From Paracoccaceae bacterium (GTDB lineage: Bacteria > Pseudomonadota > Alphaproteobacteria > Rhodobacterales > Rhodobacteraceae), in assembly GCA_047636235.1 (NCBI GenBank), contig JBLIKI010000001.1, forward strand, positions 1-51,119: a DNA stretch of 51,119 nucleotides. The letters are read 5' to 3'. The notes under the pieces are model-generated. The model had not been told where the DNA came from and did not search any database. It was given only the letters and a program-made list of their open reading frames with translations. This document shows, one piece after another, positions 9,713-18,765 of this stretch. Position numbers and translations under genes: made by a program. Position 1 is the first letter of the stretch; each line of letters starts with the position of its first letter.

Positions 9713-11422
9713 ATGACCGCCACCGCCCCTGTTCCCGCCCCAAGCCGCCCGTTCCCGTGGGAGGCGCACTATCCCGACGGCGTCTCTTGGGACGCGCCGA
9801 TCGCCCCCGGCAACCTGCCCGCCATGCTGCGCGGCGCGATTTCGACCTATGGCGATGCCGATCTGTTCGACTGGCGCGCCGTGCGGATGACGTACCGCGA
9901 TTTCGGCGGGCTGGCGGGGCGGGTGTGCAGCGCGCTGAAGGCGCTCGGCCTCGGGCGCGGGGATGCGGTGGCGCTGCACATGCCCAACCACATCTTCCAC
10001 CCGGCGTTCTTCTTCGGGGCGATGGCGGCGGGGTGCCGGATCGTGCATCTGTCCCCGCTCGATGCGGTGCGGGAGCTTGAGCATAAGCTGAACGACAGCG
10101 AGGCCAAGCTGTTGGTCACGCTCGACATCCCCGACATGCAAGCCAAGGCGGAGCGTCTGCTGGCCGCGGGCGTCGTGCCGCGGCTGGTGGTGTGCGACGA
10201 CGCGCGGTTCGGGGCGGGCGGGCTGCCGCAGGCGGCGTTCCCCGACCTCGACGGCGCGATGCGCTATGTCGATTTCATCGCGCTGGCGACGGATGATCAT
10301 CTGCCCGAGGGCGATGATCCCACCCCCGACGACATCGCGCTGCTGCAATACACCGGCGGCACCACCGGGGCGCCCAAGGGCGCGATGCTGACCCATGGCA
10401 ACCTGACCTCGGCGATCGGCATCTATGACGCGTGGTATGCGTCGCTCCCCCCCCCCGAGGGCGGGCGCGAGGTGGTGCTGTGCGTGCTGCCGCTGTTCCA
10501 CATCTATGCGCTGACCGTGGTGCTGCTGCGCCAGGTCATGCATGGCGGGCTGATCGCGCTGCGGATGCGGTTCGACGTCGATCAGACCTTGGACGACATC
10601 GAGGGGCTGCGGATCACCGCCTTCGCCGGCGTGCCGACCATGTGGATCGCCATCGTCAACCACCCGGATGTGATGAAGCGCGACCTGAGCTCGATGCGGA
10701 TCGCGTCCTCCGGCGGGGCGCCGCTGCCGAACGAGGTCGGGCGCCGGTTCCGCTCCCAGACCGGCACGCCGCTGCTGGGCGGCTGGGGGATGACCGAGAC
10801 GTCGCCTGCGGGCACCGCGGTGTCCGAATGGGGGCTTTTGAACAAAGAAGGCTCGATCGGCGTGCCGCTGCCGCGGATTGAGATGCGGGTGGTCAGCCAT
10901 GATGACCCGACCCAGCTTCTGCCCGCTGGCGAGACCGGAGAGATCGCCGTGCGTGGCCCCAACGTCACCAAGGGCTATTGGAAGCGCGACAAGGCCAATA
11001 GCGAGAGCTTCGCCGACGGGTTTTTCCTGACCGGCGACGTGGGCCGGATGGACGCCGACGGGTTCTTTTATCTGGTGGACCGAAAGTCGGATCTGATCAT
11101 CTCCGGCGGGTTCAACGTCTATCCGCAGGTGATCGAGCAGGCCCTGCACGAACACCCCGCGGTGGCCGAGGCCGCGGTCGTGGGCGTCCACGACGATTAT
11201 CGCGGCGAAAGCGCCAAGGCGTTCATCGTGCTGCGGCCGGGGGCCGAGGCGCCGAGCTTGCCGCAAATGCTGGAATTTCTGACCGACCGGCTGGGGCGCC
11301 ATGAGATGCCCCGCGAGATGGAGGTGCGGGGCGCCCTGCCGCGCACCGCCGTCGGCAAGCTGTCGCGCAAAGACCTACGCGCCGAGGAGGTGGCGAAGCG
11401 CGCCGCTTCCTCCGCCATCTGA
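9713..11422 (+). CDS. pimA: AMP-forming acyl-CoA ligase, dicarboxylate--CoA ligase PimA-like
   Basis: YTGGTTGAPKG, GWGMTET, TGDVG, DRKSDLIISGGFNVYP and PRTAVGKL motifs. The PWEAHYPDGVSWD N-terminus and VHLSPLD resemble PimA; the symbol is tentative. Confidence 0.85.
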   Translation: MTATAPVPAPSRPFPWEAHYPDGVSWDAPIAPGNLPAMLRGAISTYGDADLFDWRAVRMTYRDFGGLAGRVCSALKALGLGRGDAVALHMPNHIFHPAFFFGAMAAGCRIVHLSPLDAVRELEHKLNDSEAKLLVTLDIPDMQAKAERLLAAGVVPRLVVCDDARFGAGGLPQAAFPDLDGAMRYVDFIALATDDHLPEGDDPTPDDIALLQYTGGTTGAPKGAMLTHGNLTSAIGIYDAWYASLPPPEGGREVVLCVLPLFHIYALTVVLLRQVMHGGLIALRMRFDVDQTLDDIEGLRITAFAGVPTMWIAIVNHPDVMKRDLSSMRIASSGGAPLPNEVGRRFRSQTGTPLLGGWGMTETSPAGTAVSEWGLLNKEGSIGVPLPRIEMRVVSHDDPTQLLPAGETGEIAVRGPNVTKGYWKRDKANSESFADGFFLTGDVGRMDADGFFYLVDRKSDLIISGGFNVYPQVIEQALHEHPAVAEAAVVGVHDDYRGESAKAFIVLRPGAEAPSLPQMLEFLTDRLGRHEMPREMEVRGALPRTAVGKLSRKDLRAEEVAKRAASSAI

Positions 11423-11466
11423 CCTGATATCGCCATCTGACCTGATATTGCCACCTGACCTGATAA
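11413..11466 (+). repeat. 3 x 18-bp tandem repeat cgccatctgacctgatat spanning the ligase stop codon
   Basis: Units at 11413 and 11431 are identical; the unit at 11449 has 3 mismatches. Confidence 0.95.
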
Positions 11467-11482
11467 TGAAGGAGCGCCAGAC

Positions 11483-12253
11483 ATGGCCCTGAACAACCCG
11501 TTCGATCTGACCGGCAAGGTCGCCGTCGTCACCGGATCCAGCCGCGGCATCGGCCGGTCCATCGCCGAGACCATGGCCGCGATGGGCGCCAAGGTGGTGG
11601 TGTCCTCGCGGTCGCTGGACGCTTGCGGTCCGGTGGCGGACGCCATCAACGCGGCGGGCGGAATCGCCGTTGCGATCCCCTGCAACATCGGCCGCAAAGA
11701 TGAGGTGGATGCGCTGCTGCGCTCGGCCGAGGCCCGCTTCGGGATCATCGACAGCATGGTGTGCAACGCCGCGATCAACCCGGTCTACGGCCCGATGTCC
11801 GAACTGCCCGACGCGGCGTTCGAGAAGATCATGAAGACCAACGTGCTGTCGAACATGTGGCTGGCGACCGGGGTCGCGCCGGGGATGAAGAAGATTGGCG
11901 GCGGGTCGATCACCATCGTGTCGTCCATCGCCGGGCTGCGGGCGGCGGGGATGATCGGCGCCTACGGCATCTCCAAGGCCGCCGACATGGCGCTGGCCCG
12001 CAACTATGCGCAGGAGTGGGGGCCGGACAACATCCGCGTCAACTGCATCGCGCCGGGGCTGGTGAAAACCGACTTCGCCCGCGCGCTGTGGGAGGACCCG
12101 GAGCGGATCAAGGCCGTGAACGAGACCGTGCCGCTGCGCCGGATCGGCGACCCCAAGGACATCGGCGGGATCGGGGCGTTCCTGGCGTCGGATGCGGCGC
12201 TGTTCATCACGGGGCAGGTGATCGTGGCTGATGGAGGGGTGACGGTTGTCTGA
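11483..12253 (+). CDS. Classical SDR oxidoreductase (PimE/DHRS4-like)
   Basis: TGSSRGIG, CNAAINP, YGISK, IRVNCIAPG motifs. Confidence 0.93.
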   Translation: MALNNPFDLTGKVAVVTGSSRGIGRSIAETMAAMGAKVVVSSRSLDACGPVADAINAAGGIAVAIPCNIGRKDEVDALLRSAEARFGIIDSMVCNAAINPVYGPMSELPDAAFEKIMKTNVLSNMWLATGVAPGMKKIGGGSITIVSSIAGLRAAGMIGAYGISKAADMALARNYAQEWGPDNIRVNCIAPGLVKTDFARALWEDPERIKAVNETVPLRRIGDPKDIGGIGAFLASDAALFITGQVIVADGGVTVV

Positions 12254-12334
12254 CCGCCCTTTGCGCGTCGGCGTCTGACCGCCCGCCGAGCGGGGGGCGC
12301 CTGACCGCCCTCGGCGCGCGGTGGTCTGACGCCC
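12248..12334 (+). repeat. Four copies of gtctgaccgccc at ~25-bp period between convergent genes
   Basis: Cores at 12248, 12273, 12299 and 12324 with 13-14 nt variable linkers. The first core contains the SDR stop. Confidence 0.8.
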
Positions 12335-12335
12335 C

Positions 12336-13403
12336 TCAGGCGGCGATGATGTCGGCGTAAAGCGTCCGGTGCATCGCCGCCATTCGCGCGGGCGAATACA
12401 GCGCCCTCGTCCGGTCGTGCAGCGCGTCCGCCAGCGCGATCCGTTCCGCGTCGTCCCGCAGCAGCCGCGTCACCACGGCGGCCAGCGCATCGGGGTCGGG
12501 CGCGGTCAGGCAGGCGCCCGCCTGGTTCCCCAAAATCTCCGCCAGCGGGGGGATGGAGTAACCCGCCACGGCGGCGCGGGACATGCCCGCCTCAATGGCG
12601 GCGGTCGGCAACCCCTCCCAGCGCGAGGTCATCGCCAGCACCTTGGCCCGCGCCAGCCGCGCCAGCGCCTCGCCCCGCGGCAGGGCGCCCAGCCGCAGCG
12701 CCCGGCTCCCGGTCGCCACGTTCAGGCGGTCGATCCTCTCGGCCAGATCGCCGTCGCCGATCATCTCGATTCGCGCGCCCTCGGGCAGGCGCGCGGCAAG
12801 GTCGATGAACGCCTCAGGGTGCTTTTGCGTCACCAGCCGCCCGATGAAGATCACATCGACGTCCTTGGTCGCGCCGAGGGGGGCGGGCGGCACGTCCACC
12901 CCGTTCTCGATCACCCGCGCGATTCCGCGATAGCGCAGGCCATGGGCCGCGGCCAGATCGCAGTCGGCGGCGGACACGAACACCACCCCGTCGCAGATCC
13001 GCGCCAACAGCGCCTCAAGCCGCGCGCGGATGCCGAAGGGGCCGGGCTGCGCCAGCCCGTGAAAGCCGTGCACGGTGTAGATCAGTTTCAGCCCCGGCTG
13101 GATCAGCCGCGCCAGCGCCCCCGCAAGCGCCGCGCGGGTGCCGTGGGCGTGGATCACGTCGCCGCGCCGGGCCTCGGCGGCGATGGCGCGGGCGAACAGC
13201 AGCGGGTTGGCGCGCCCCTCGTAATAACCGCGGCGCACCGGCAGGCCATCGAACAGCGCCGCCATGTCCGGGTCGGCGTTGCGCGGCAACAGCGCAATGT
13301 GCGCGGGCGGGTCGCCCCCGCCCGACACCTCGCGCAGCAGGCGCGCCATGATCACCGCGCCGCCGCCAAGCGCGCCATCGGGGGCGACGTGCCAGATCGT
13401 CAT
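12336..13403 (-). CDS. Glycosyltransferase family 4 (GT-B), 355 aa
   Basis: Start reassigned to MTIWHV. DVIHAH, YTVHG, IENGVD, FIGRLVTQK and SRWEGLPTAAIEA (EX7E) motifs. Confidence 0.92.
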   Translation of the reverse strand: MTIWHVAPDGALGGGAVIMARLLREVSGGGDPPAHIALLPRNADPDMAALFDGLPVRRGYYEGRANPLLFARAIAAEARRGDVIHAHGTRAALAGALARLIQPGLKLIYTVHGFHGLAQPGPFGIRARLEALLARICDGVVFVSAADCDLAAAHGLRYRGIARVIENGVDVPPAPLGATKDVDVIFIGRLVTQKHPEAFIDLAARLPEGARIEMIGDGDLAERIDRLNVATGSRALRLGALPRGEALARLARAKVLAMTSRWEGLPTAAIEAGMSRAAVAGYSIPPLAEILGNQAGACLTAPDPDALAAVVTRLLRDDAERIALADALHDRTRALYSPARMAAMHRTLYADIIAA

Positions 13404-13668
13404 GTTCGCACCTTTCTTTCGCCCTCGCCGTCGCTGCGGACAGATTCGGTTACCTTGGTCGCGAGCATGCCGTGGGCGGGCCGCGGAGGCGAGGGCGAGG
13501 GCATGCGGCCCTCGGTCTCGGCTTGGCAAGCGCCAAATGCATTCCGTCCCCTGAAATCCACAGCCGAAAGGATGAGATTCACCGTTGTCCATATGGCGGA
13601 GGTTTGCTTTAGTCCCTCCAGAGGTCGGGCCAACGCGTTCGAGCTTTTTTTCACCGGGAGGGACTACC

Positions 13669-14760
13669 ATGGAACGCCGTCAGTTTTTGAAAGGCGCAGC
13701 GATCGCCGGGCCGGCCGTCGCCGCCAGCGCGCTCGCCGCCCCCGCACTCGCGCAGGCGCGCGTTGAGCTTAACATCGTTTCCACCTGGCCGCGGGACTTC
13801 CCGGGTCTGGGTACGTCGGCGCAGCGCCTTTCCCGGCGCATCGGCGAGATCTCGAACGGTGAGCTCGCCGTCAACTATTTCGCCGCCGGCGAAAAGGTCG
13901 GCGCGTTCGACGTCTTCGACACCGTGTCCAACGGCGACGCGCAGGCCTATATCGGCGCTGACTACTACTGGACCGGCAAGCACCCCGGCTTCGCCTACTT
14001 CACCGCCGTGCCGTTCGGCATGGTTCAGGCGGAATGGAACGCCTGGCTGAAGTTCGGCGGCGGGCAGGCCCTGTGGGACGAGCTTTCGGGCGAGTTCAAT
14101 CTGAAAAAGCTCACCTGTGGCGGCACCGGCACCCAGGCCGGCGGCTGGTTCAACAAAGAGATCGAGAGCCCGGAAGACCTCCGCGGCCTCAAGATGCGCA
14201 TCCCCGGCCTCGGCGGCACCGTGATGTCGAAGCTCGGCGCGTCGACCGTGTCGCTGCCCGGCGGCCAGATCTATGAAAACCTCGTCTCTGGCGCCATCGA
14301 GGCGACCGAGTGGGTCGGGCCGTACAACGACTACTTCATGAAATTCTATGAAGCGGCGAAGTACTACTACACCTCCGGCATGCACGAGCCGGGCGGCGGC
14401 CTTGCTTTCGGCATCAACAACGACTTCTGGAACAGCCTGACGCCAACCCATCAGGCGATCCTGACCGCGGCGTGCATGGAAGAGAACGCCGCCGCGCCGG
14501 AAGAGGCGGTCGCCAACAACGGCGCCTACCTCAAAAAGCTGGTCAACGACCACGGCGTGCAGCTTCGCTCGTTCAACGAAGAAGTCTGGGACGCTTTCGG
14601 CGAAGCCTCGGCCGAAGTGTTCGAGGAGACCCGCGCGCACTCGCCGCTGGCCGCCAAGATCGACGACAGCTACCAGGGCGCGCTGCGCGAGTATGGCGGC
14701 TATCTGAAGATCGCGGACAACGAGTTCGCCAGCCAGCGCAACCGCGTTCTCGGCCTCTGA
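13669..14760 (+). CDS. TRAP solute-binding protein, TakP/FcbT1-type DctP, Tat-exported (363 aa)
   Basis: MERRQFLK twin-arginine signal; GLKMRIPGLGG, EWVGPYND and YYTSGMHEPG motifs. Confidence 0.95.
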   Translation: MERRQFLKGAAIAGPAVAASALAAPALAQARVELNIVSTWPRDFPGLGTSAQRLSRRIGEISNGELAVNYFAAGEKVGAFDVFDTVSNGDAQAYIGADYYWTGKHPGFAYFTAVPFGMVQAEWNAWLKFGGGQALWDELSGEFNLKKLTCGGTGTQAGGWFNKEIESPEDLRGLKMRIPGLGGTVMSKLGASTVSLPGGQIYENLVSGAIEATEWVGPYNDYFMKFYEAAKYYYTSGMHEPGGGLAFGINNDFWNSLTPTHQAILTAACMEENAAAPEEAVANNGAYLKKLVNDHGVQLRSFNEEVWDAFGEASAEVFEETRAHSPLAAKIDDSYQGALREYGGYLKIADNEFASQRNRVLGL

Positions 14761-14924
14761 TGTCGCGACCGGCCGGAGTCCGATAGGGCCCCGGCCGACG
14801 CGCTTTGCGGCCGGGCCGCGTTCCTGAGAGGAGCGCGGCCCGGTCCGTTCCGCAGACTGGAAATCGGTGTCACGCGGCAAAGCATGCCGTTGCGCGCCGA
14901 CGGCCGGTCTGCGACACGCGACAT
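14760..14924 (+). other. Nested inverted repeats / structured intergenic RNA after the SBP gene
   Basis: Outer IR 14761-14775 with 14901-14916; 14-bp hairpin 14811-14843; alternative hairpin 14770-14797. Confidence 0.55.
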
Positions 14925-14998
14925 GCGGCAGGCATCGCAAGCATCGCCGCCGCTCATGTCGGACAGCATCGTGGTCCGGCGCACCGAGGGAGCACTTC

Positions 14999-16009
14999 AT
15001 GAGCCAAGCTGAGCAGATTTCGTCACGTTATGCCGCTGCAGGTGGCAATGACGGGGCAGACGCGCTGGTGCGCGCCTTCGGCTGGGCGAACATCGCCGCC
15101 GTCGCCGTCTTGATCGTGGAAACCATGCTCATCTTCGGCAAGCCCGGCCTGCCCAGCCCGGCGGAGGCCTTCAACGGCGGCTCGATCGCCGCCTGGGGCA
15201 TGCTGCTGCTGTATCCGGCGGCGATGCTTTTCGCGGCTTGGATGGTGCTTCGCACCCCGCTGCGCGGCCTGCGCGAGGACGCGGACCTGATCACCGCCAT
15301 CAACCGCTTTATCATTCGCGGCGCCTTTTTCGCGGTGCTGTTCATCGGCTTCGCCGACGCGGTCATCTCGTTCCTTCGGGTCGAGGAACTGCTCGATGGC
15401 ATCGTCGGCGAAGAGCTGGGCGGACAGCTGGGCCTCTCGGCCTTTCGCGGGCCGTATGTCCACATTCCGCTGTTCGTGCTCGGCTATGTCGTCGCCTGCT
15501 TCACGCGCACGCTGGGCTTCACTTGGCTGGCGCTGCTGATCGTGGTGGCGGAGCTGGGCATCGTGCTGACGCGGTTCATCTTTTCCTATGAGCAGGCGTT
15601 CATGGGCGATCTGGTTCGCTTTTGGTATGCCGCGCTTTTCCTGTTCGCCTCGGCGTATACGCTGGTCGAAGAAGGCCATGTGCGGGTCGACGTGATCTAT
15701 GCCGGGATGAGCGGCAGAACGCGCGGCTGGGTCAACGCGCTGGGCTCGGTCTTCCTCGGCATGGTGCTGTGCTGGGTGATCCTGGTGCTGGGCCTTGGGG
15801 GCCAAAGCACGGTCGTCACCAGCGCGATGTCGAACTATGAAATCTCGCAGTCCCAATTCGGCATGTACACCAAGTACTGGATGGCAGGGTATCTGGCTGT
15901 CTTCGCGGCCACCATGCTGATCCAGTTCGCGGGCTATTTCATGGATGCCGTGGCCGACCTGCGCGGTCAGCCGGGCAGCCGCACGCACGCCTCCTCCGCC
16001 GCGCACTGA
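14999..16009 (+). CDS. TRAP small permease DctQ with N-terminal membrane extension (336 aa)
   Basis: ASAYTLVEEGHVRVDVIY DctQ motif in the C-terminal half; extra hydrophobic helices N-terminally. Confidence 0.9.
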   Translation: MSQAEQISSRYAAAGGNDGADALVRAFGWANIAAVAVLIVETMLIFGKPGLPSPAEAFNGGSIAAWGMLLLYPAAMLFAAWMVLRTPLRGLREDADLITAINRFIIRGAFFAVLFIGFADAVISFLRVEELLDGIVGEELGGQLGLSAFRGPYVHIPLFVLGYVVACFTRTLGFTWLALLIVVAELGIVLTRFIFSYEQAFMGDLVRFWYAALFLFASAYTLVEEGHVRVDVIYAGMSGRTRGWVNALGSVFLGMVLCWVILVLGLGGQSTVVTSAMSNYEISQSQFGMYTKYWMAGYLAVFAATMLIQFAGYFMDAVADLRGQPGSRTHASSAAH

Positions 16010-16025
16010 TCCGGGAATCTCACTG

Positions 16026-18683
16026 ATGGAACTTTTCTTTCTCCTCGTCCTCCTCGTCACGATGGCGATCGCGCTGGGGTCGGGCTTTCCGGTGGCGTTC
16101 GCGCTTCCCGGGGCGGCGATCCTTACCATCGGCCTCGCGGCGGCCACGGGCTACGTGCTCGAAGGCTCTGCCTCGGCGTATTTCGCCCAAGGCGGGCCGG
16201 ACAGCTGGCTGAACGCCGGCGTCACCAACCTGCGCGGCGTGTATTGGGAGGTGGATCGAGACACGCTCATCGCCATTCCGCTGTTCATCTTCATGGGCAT
16301 CATGCTTCAGCGCTCCAAGATCGCCGAAGATCTGCTGGTGACCATGGCGCGCCTGTTCGGCCCGATTCCGGGGGGCTTGGGCATCTCAGTGGTGTTCGTG
16401 GGCGCGCTGCTTGCGGCGACCACCGGCATCGTCGGCGCGACGGTCGTGGCGATGGGCATGATTTCGCTGCCCGCGATGATGCGCAACAACTACTCCCAGC
16501 CGCTGGCCACCGGCGTGATCGCCGCGTCGGGCACGCTGGGGCAGATCATTCCGCCGTCGATCGTGCTGATCATCCTCGCCGACCAGCTTGCGTCGGCGGT
16601 GGACCAGGCCGGGACGATGCGCAAGTCGCTCCACAAGATCGCCACCGGCGAGATTTCGATGCCGTCGGAATATGCGGTCGGCTCGACCTCGGCGGGGGAA
16701 ATGTTCCTTGGCGCTTTGGTGCCGGGGATGCTGCTTGTGCTGATCTACATGGTCTACATCATGGTGTTCGCGATTCTGCGGCCCAAATCAGCCCCTGCGG
16801 TGCGCACCGAAGGGGATTGGGACCTTGCGTTCTGGGGCCGCGTGTTCATCGCGCTGGTTCCCCCCCTGGCGCTGATCTTCCTCGTGCTCGGCTCGATCAT
16901 CGCTGGCGTTGCGACCGTGAACCAGGCGGGCGCCATCGGGGCCGCCGGCGCCGTGGTCATGGCCGGCTATCGGCTGCATGACGGAGCGAAGGGGGCCTAC
17001 ATCCCCGCGATCCTCTTCCTGCTGTCGCTGACCGCGCTATCGCTGGTGATGGCCTCGACGCCGGTCAACATCAAGGCGATCAGCACCCCTGAAGAGGCGC
17101 TGGCCCTCAAGCTCGCGCTCGGCTGCACCGCGGGCATGCTGGTGGCGCTGATCTGGTCCGGCATCCGGGTTCTGCGGCTCGACGACACGCTGCAAGGCGT
17201 GATGATCGAGACCTCCAAGACCACCGCGCTGGTGTTCATCATCCTGCTCGGCGCCGCGATGCTGACCGCCGCGTTCCGGTCCTTCGGCGGCGAGGAGTTG
17301 GTGAAGAACTTCCTCGAAGCGCTTCCGGGCGGGTTCTGGACGCAGTTCATCATCGTCATGGCGGTGATCTTCGTGCTGGGCTTCTTCCTCGACTTCATCG
17401 AAATCGCGGTGGTCGTGGTGCCGATCGTGTCGCCGATCCTGCTGTCGGATCCGACGGCCAACATCACCGCGGTGTGGCTGGGCGTGATGATCGGTCTGAA
17501 CATTCAGACCAGCTTCCTGACCCCGCCCTTCGGCTTCGCGCTGTTCTATCTTCGCGGCGTCGCCCCGGCGGCGGTGACCACGGTCAACATGTACAAGGGC
17601 GTGGTCGCCTTCATCCTGCTGCAGCTTCTGGCGCTCGGCATTGTCGGCATGAACCCGTGGCTGGTGAACTATCTGCCGAACCGGGTGAACCTGACGGCTG
17701 AGACCGCGCCGCCGCCGCGCAACCCGCAGCTGCAATACTGCCTTGAGAAGTACGTGTGGGAGCAGCTGTCGGAGAACGGCGCCTCAGTGACCGCCGCCAT
17801 CGGGACGGCCAAGGGGCTGGACCTGTCGGCGCTGCCCACCGGGCTGGCCAAGGACCTGACCAAGGCGTTCGGCAGCGCCGAGGCCTCGCTGATCGCGCTC
17901 GCCAACGTGCAGGACGAAGCGGTGATCGTCGAAGACGCGATCCCGGCCTACACCCCGATCCACACGAGGGTGCGCAAGTTGGAAAAGGACATGCGCCACT
18001 GGCAGGAAGTCGTGGACAAGGCCGAGACCAACTTGTCGCGGCTGCGGCCTGAGGACGGCCCGGATCGCAAGCAAGAGCTGGAGGCCATGATCGCCGAGGG
18101 CACGTCCATGCTGTCCAGCCTTGGGGCGCAGGTCCCGAGCGAATGGAAGCAGACCTACAACACGTTCCGCGAGCTCGACGACGCTGAAACCAAGCAGCGC
18201 AACACCTATCGTCGCGCCGCCGATGATGCGTATGAGCCGGTGATCGAGGCGCTCAAGGTCATCGACGCCGCGGACGATCTGAAGACGATCGAGGCCCCGC
18301 TGCGCGAGATGCGCGACGCCATCGCGGGTGGCGAGCTGCGCGAATTGGTGGAGCAGGCGACCGAGCTGCGCAGCTTGGTCGGCTCGGTCGAGGGTGCGGA
18401 CGACGTGCGCGGGTTGGTGAACAAGGCCCGCTCCGCGCTGCGGTCGAACACGCCCGACAAGGCCGACGCTCTCAAGCAGATGGACCTCGCGATCGCCGAG
18501 TGGGAGGCCGATCTGGCCTGGCGCAACGCCGCCGCCAACACGGTGGCGCCGGGGCTGCGGGCCTATGCGAACGCGCTGCGCGACACCATTGGCACGCGCT
18601 CGCAGCGGAAGATGCCGAGGGAGATCGCGCTCTATGTCGCCGCCTGCCGGTCTGGGCATCGCGATATTTCGATGCACTTCTGA
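16026..18683 (+). CDS. TRAP large permease DctM with long C-terminal soluble helical extension (885 aa)
   Basis: LIAIPLFIFMG, AATTGIVGATVV, GTLGQIIPPS, GFFLDFIEI and QTSFLTPPFGFALFYLRG motifs, then ~335 hydrophilic residues. Confidence 0.93.
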   Translation: MELFFLLVLLVTMAIALGSGFPVAFALPGAAILTIGLAAATGYVLEGSASAYFAQGGPDSWLNAGVTNLRGVYWEVDRDTLIAIPLFIFMGIMLQRSKIAEDLLVTMARLFGPIPGGLGISVVFVGALLAATTGIVGATVVAMGMISLPAMMRNNYSQPLATGVIAASGTLGQIIPPSIVLIILADQLASAVDQAGTMRKSLHKIATGEISMPSEYAVGSTSAGEMFLGALVPGMLLVLIYMVYIMVFAILRPKSAPAVRTEGDWDLAFWGRVFIALVPPLALIFLVLGSIIAGVATVNQAGAIGAAGAVVMAGYRLHDGAKGAYIPAILFLLSLTALSLVMASTPVNIKAISTPEEALALKLALGCTAGMLVALIWSGIRVLRLDDTLQGVMIETSKTTALVFIILLGAAMLTAAFRSFGGEELVKNFLEALPGGFWTQFIIVMAVIFVLGFFLDFIEIAVVVVPIVSPILLSDPTANITAVWLGVMIGLNIQTSFLTPPFGFALFYLRGVAPAAVTTVNMYKGVVAFILLQLLALGIVGMNPWLVNYLPNRVNLTAETAPPPRNPQLQYCLEKYVWEQLSENGASVTAAIGTAKGLDLSALPTGLAKDLTKAFGSAEASLIALANVQDEAVIVEDAIPAYTPIHTRVRKLEKDMRHWQEVVDKAETNLSRLRPEDGPDRKQELEAMIAEGTSMLSSLGAQVPSEWKQTYNTFRELDDAETKQRNTYRRAADDAYEPVIEALKVIDAADDLKTIEAPLREMRDAIAGGELRELVEQATELRSLVGSVEGADDVRGLVNKARSALRSNTPDKADALKQMDLAIAEWEADLAWRNAAANTVAPGLRAYANALRDTIGTRSQRKMPREIALYVAACRSGHRDISMHF

Positions 18684-18711
18684 TCGGTGGATCGCCGGGC
18701 TGATGCGATGG

Positions 18712-18765
18712 GGGGCGCGGACCGCAAGGTCCGCGCCCCTTCGCCGTTCGGTGCGCGGACCTTTT
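18712..18765 (+). terminator. Intrinsic terminator-like hairpin with an alternative pairing
   Basis: GGGGCGCGGACC-GCAA-GGTCCGCGCCCC perfect 12-bp stem (18712-18739). Its 3' arm can instead pair with gcgcggacc (18753-18761), which is followed by TTTT. Confidence 0.7.

Noticed and set aside
12248-12334. Mini-CRISPR
   Set aside because: 12-bp cores and 13-14-nt linkers are far below CRISPR repeat/spacer sizes; no leader or cas.
13523-13541. Sigma-54 promoter upstream of the TRAP SBP (TGGCAAGCGCCAAATGCA)
   Set aside because: GG-to-GC spacing is 12 nt, not the required 10.
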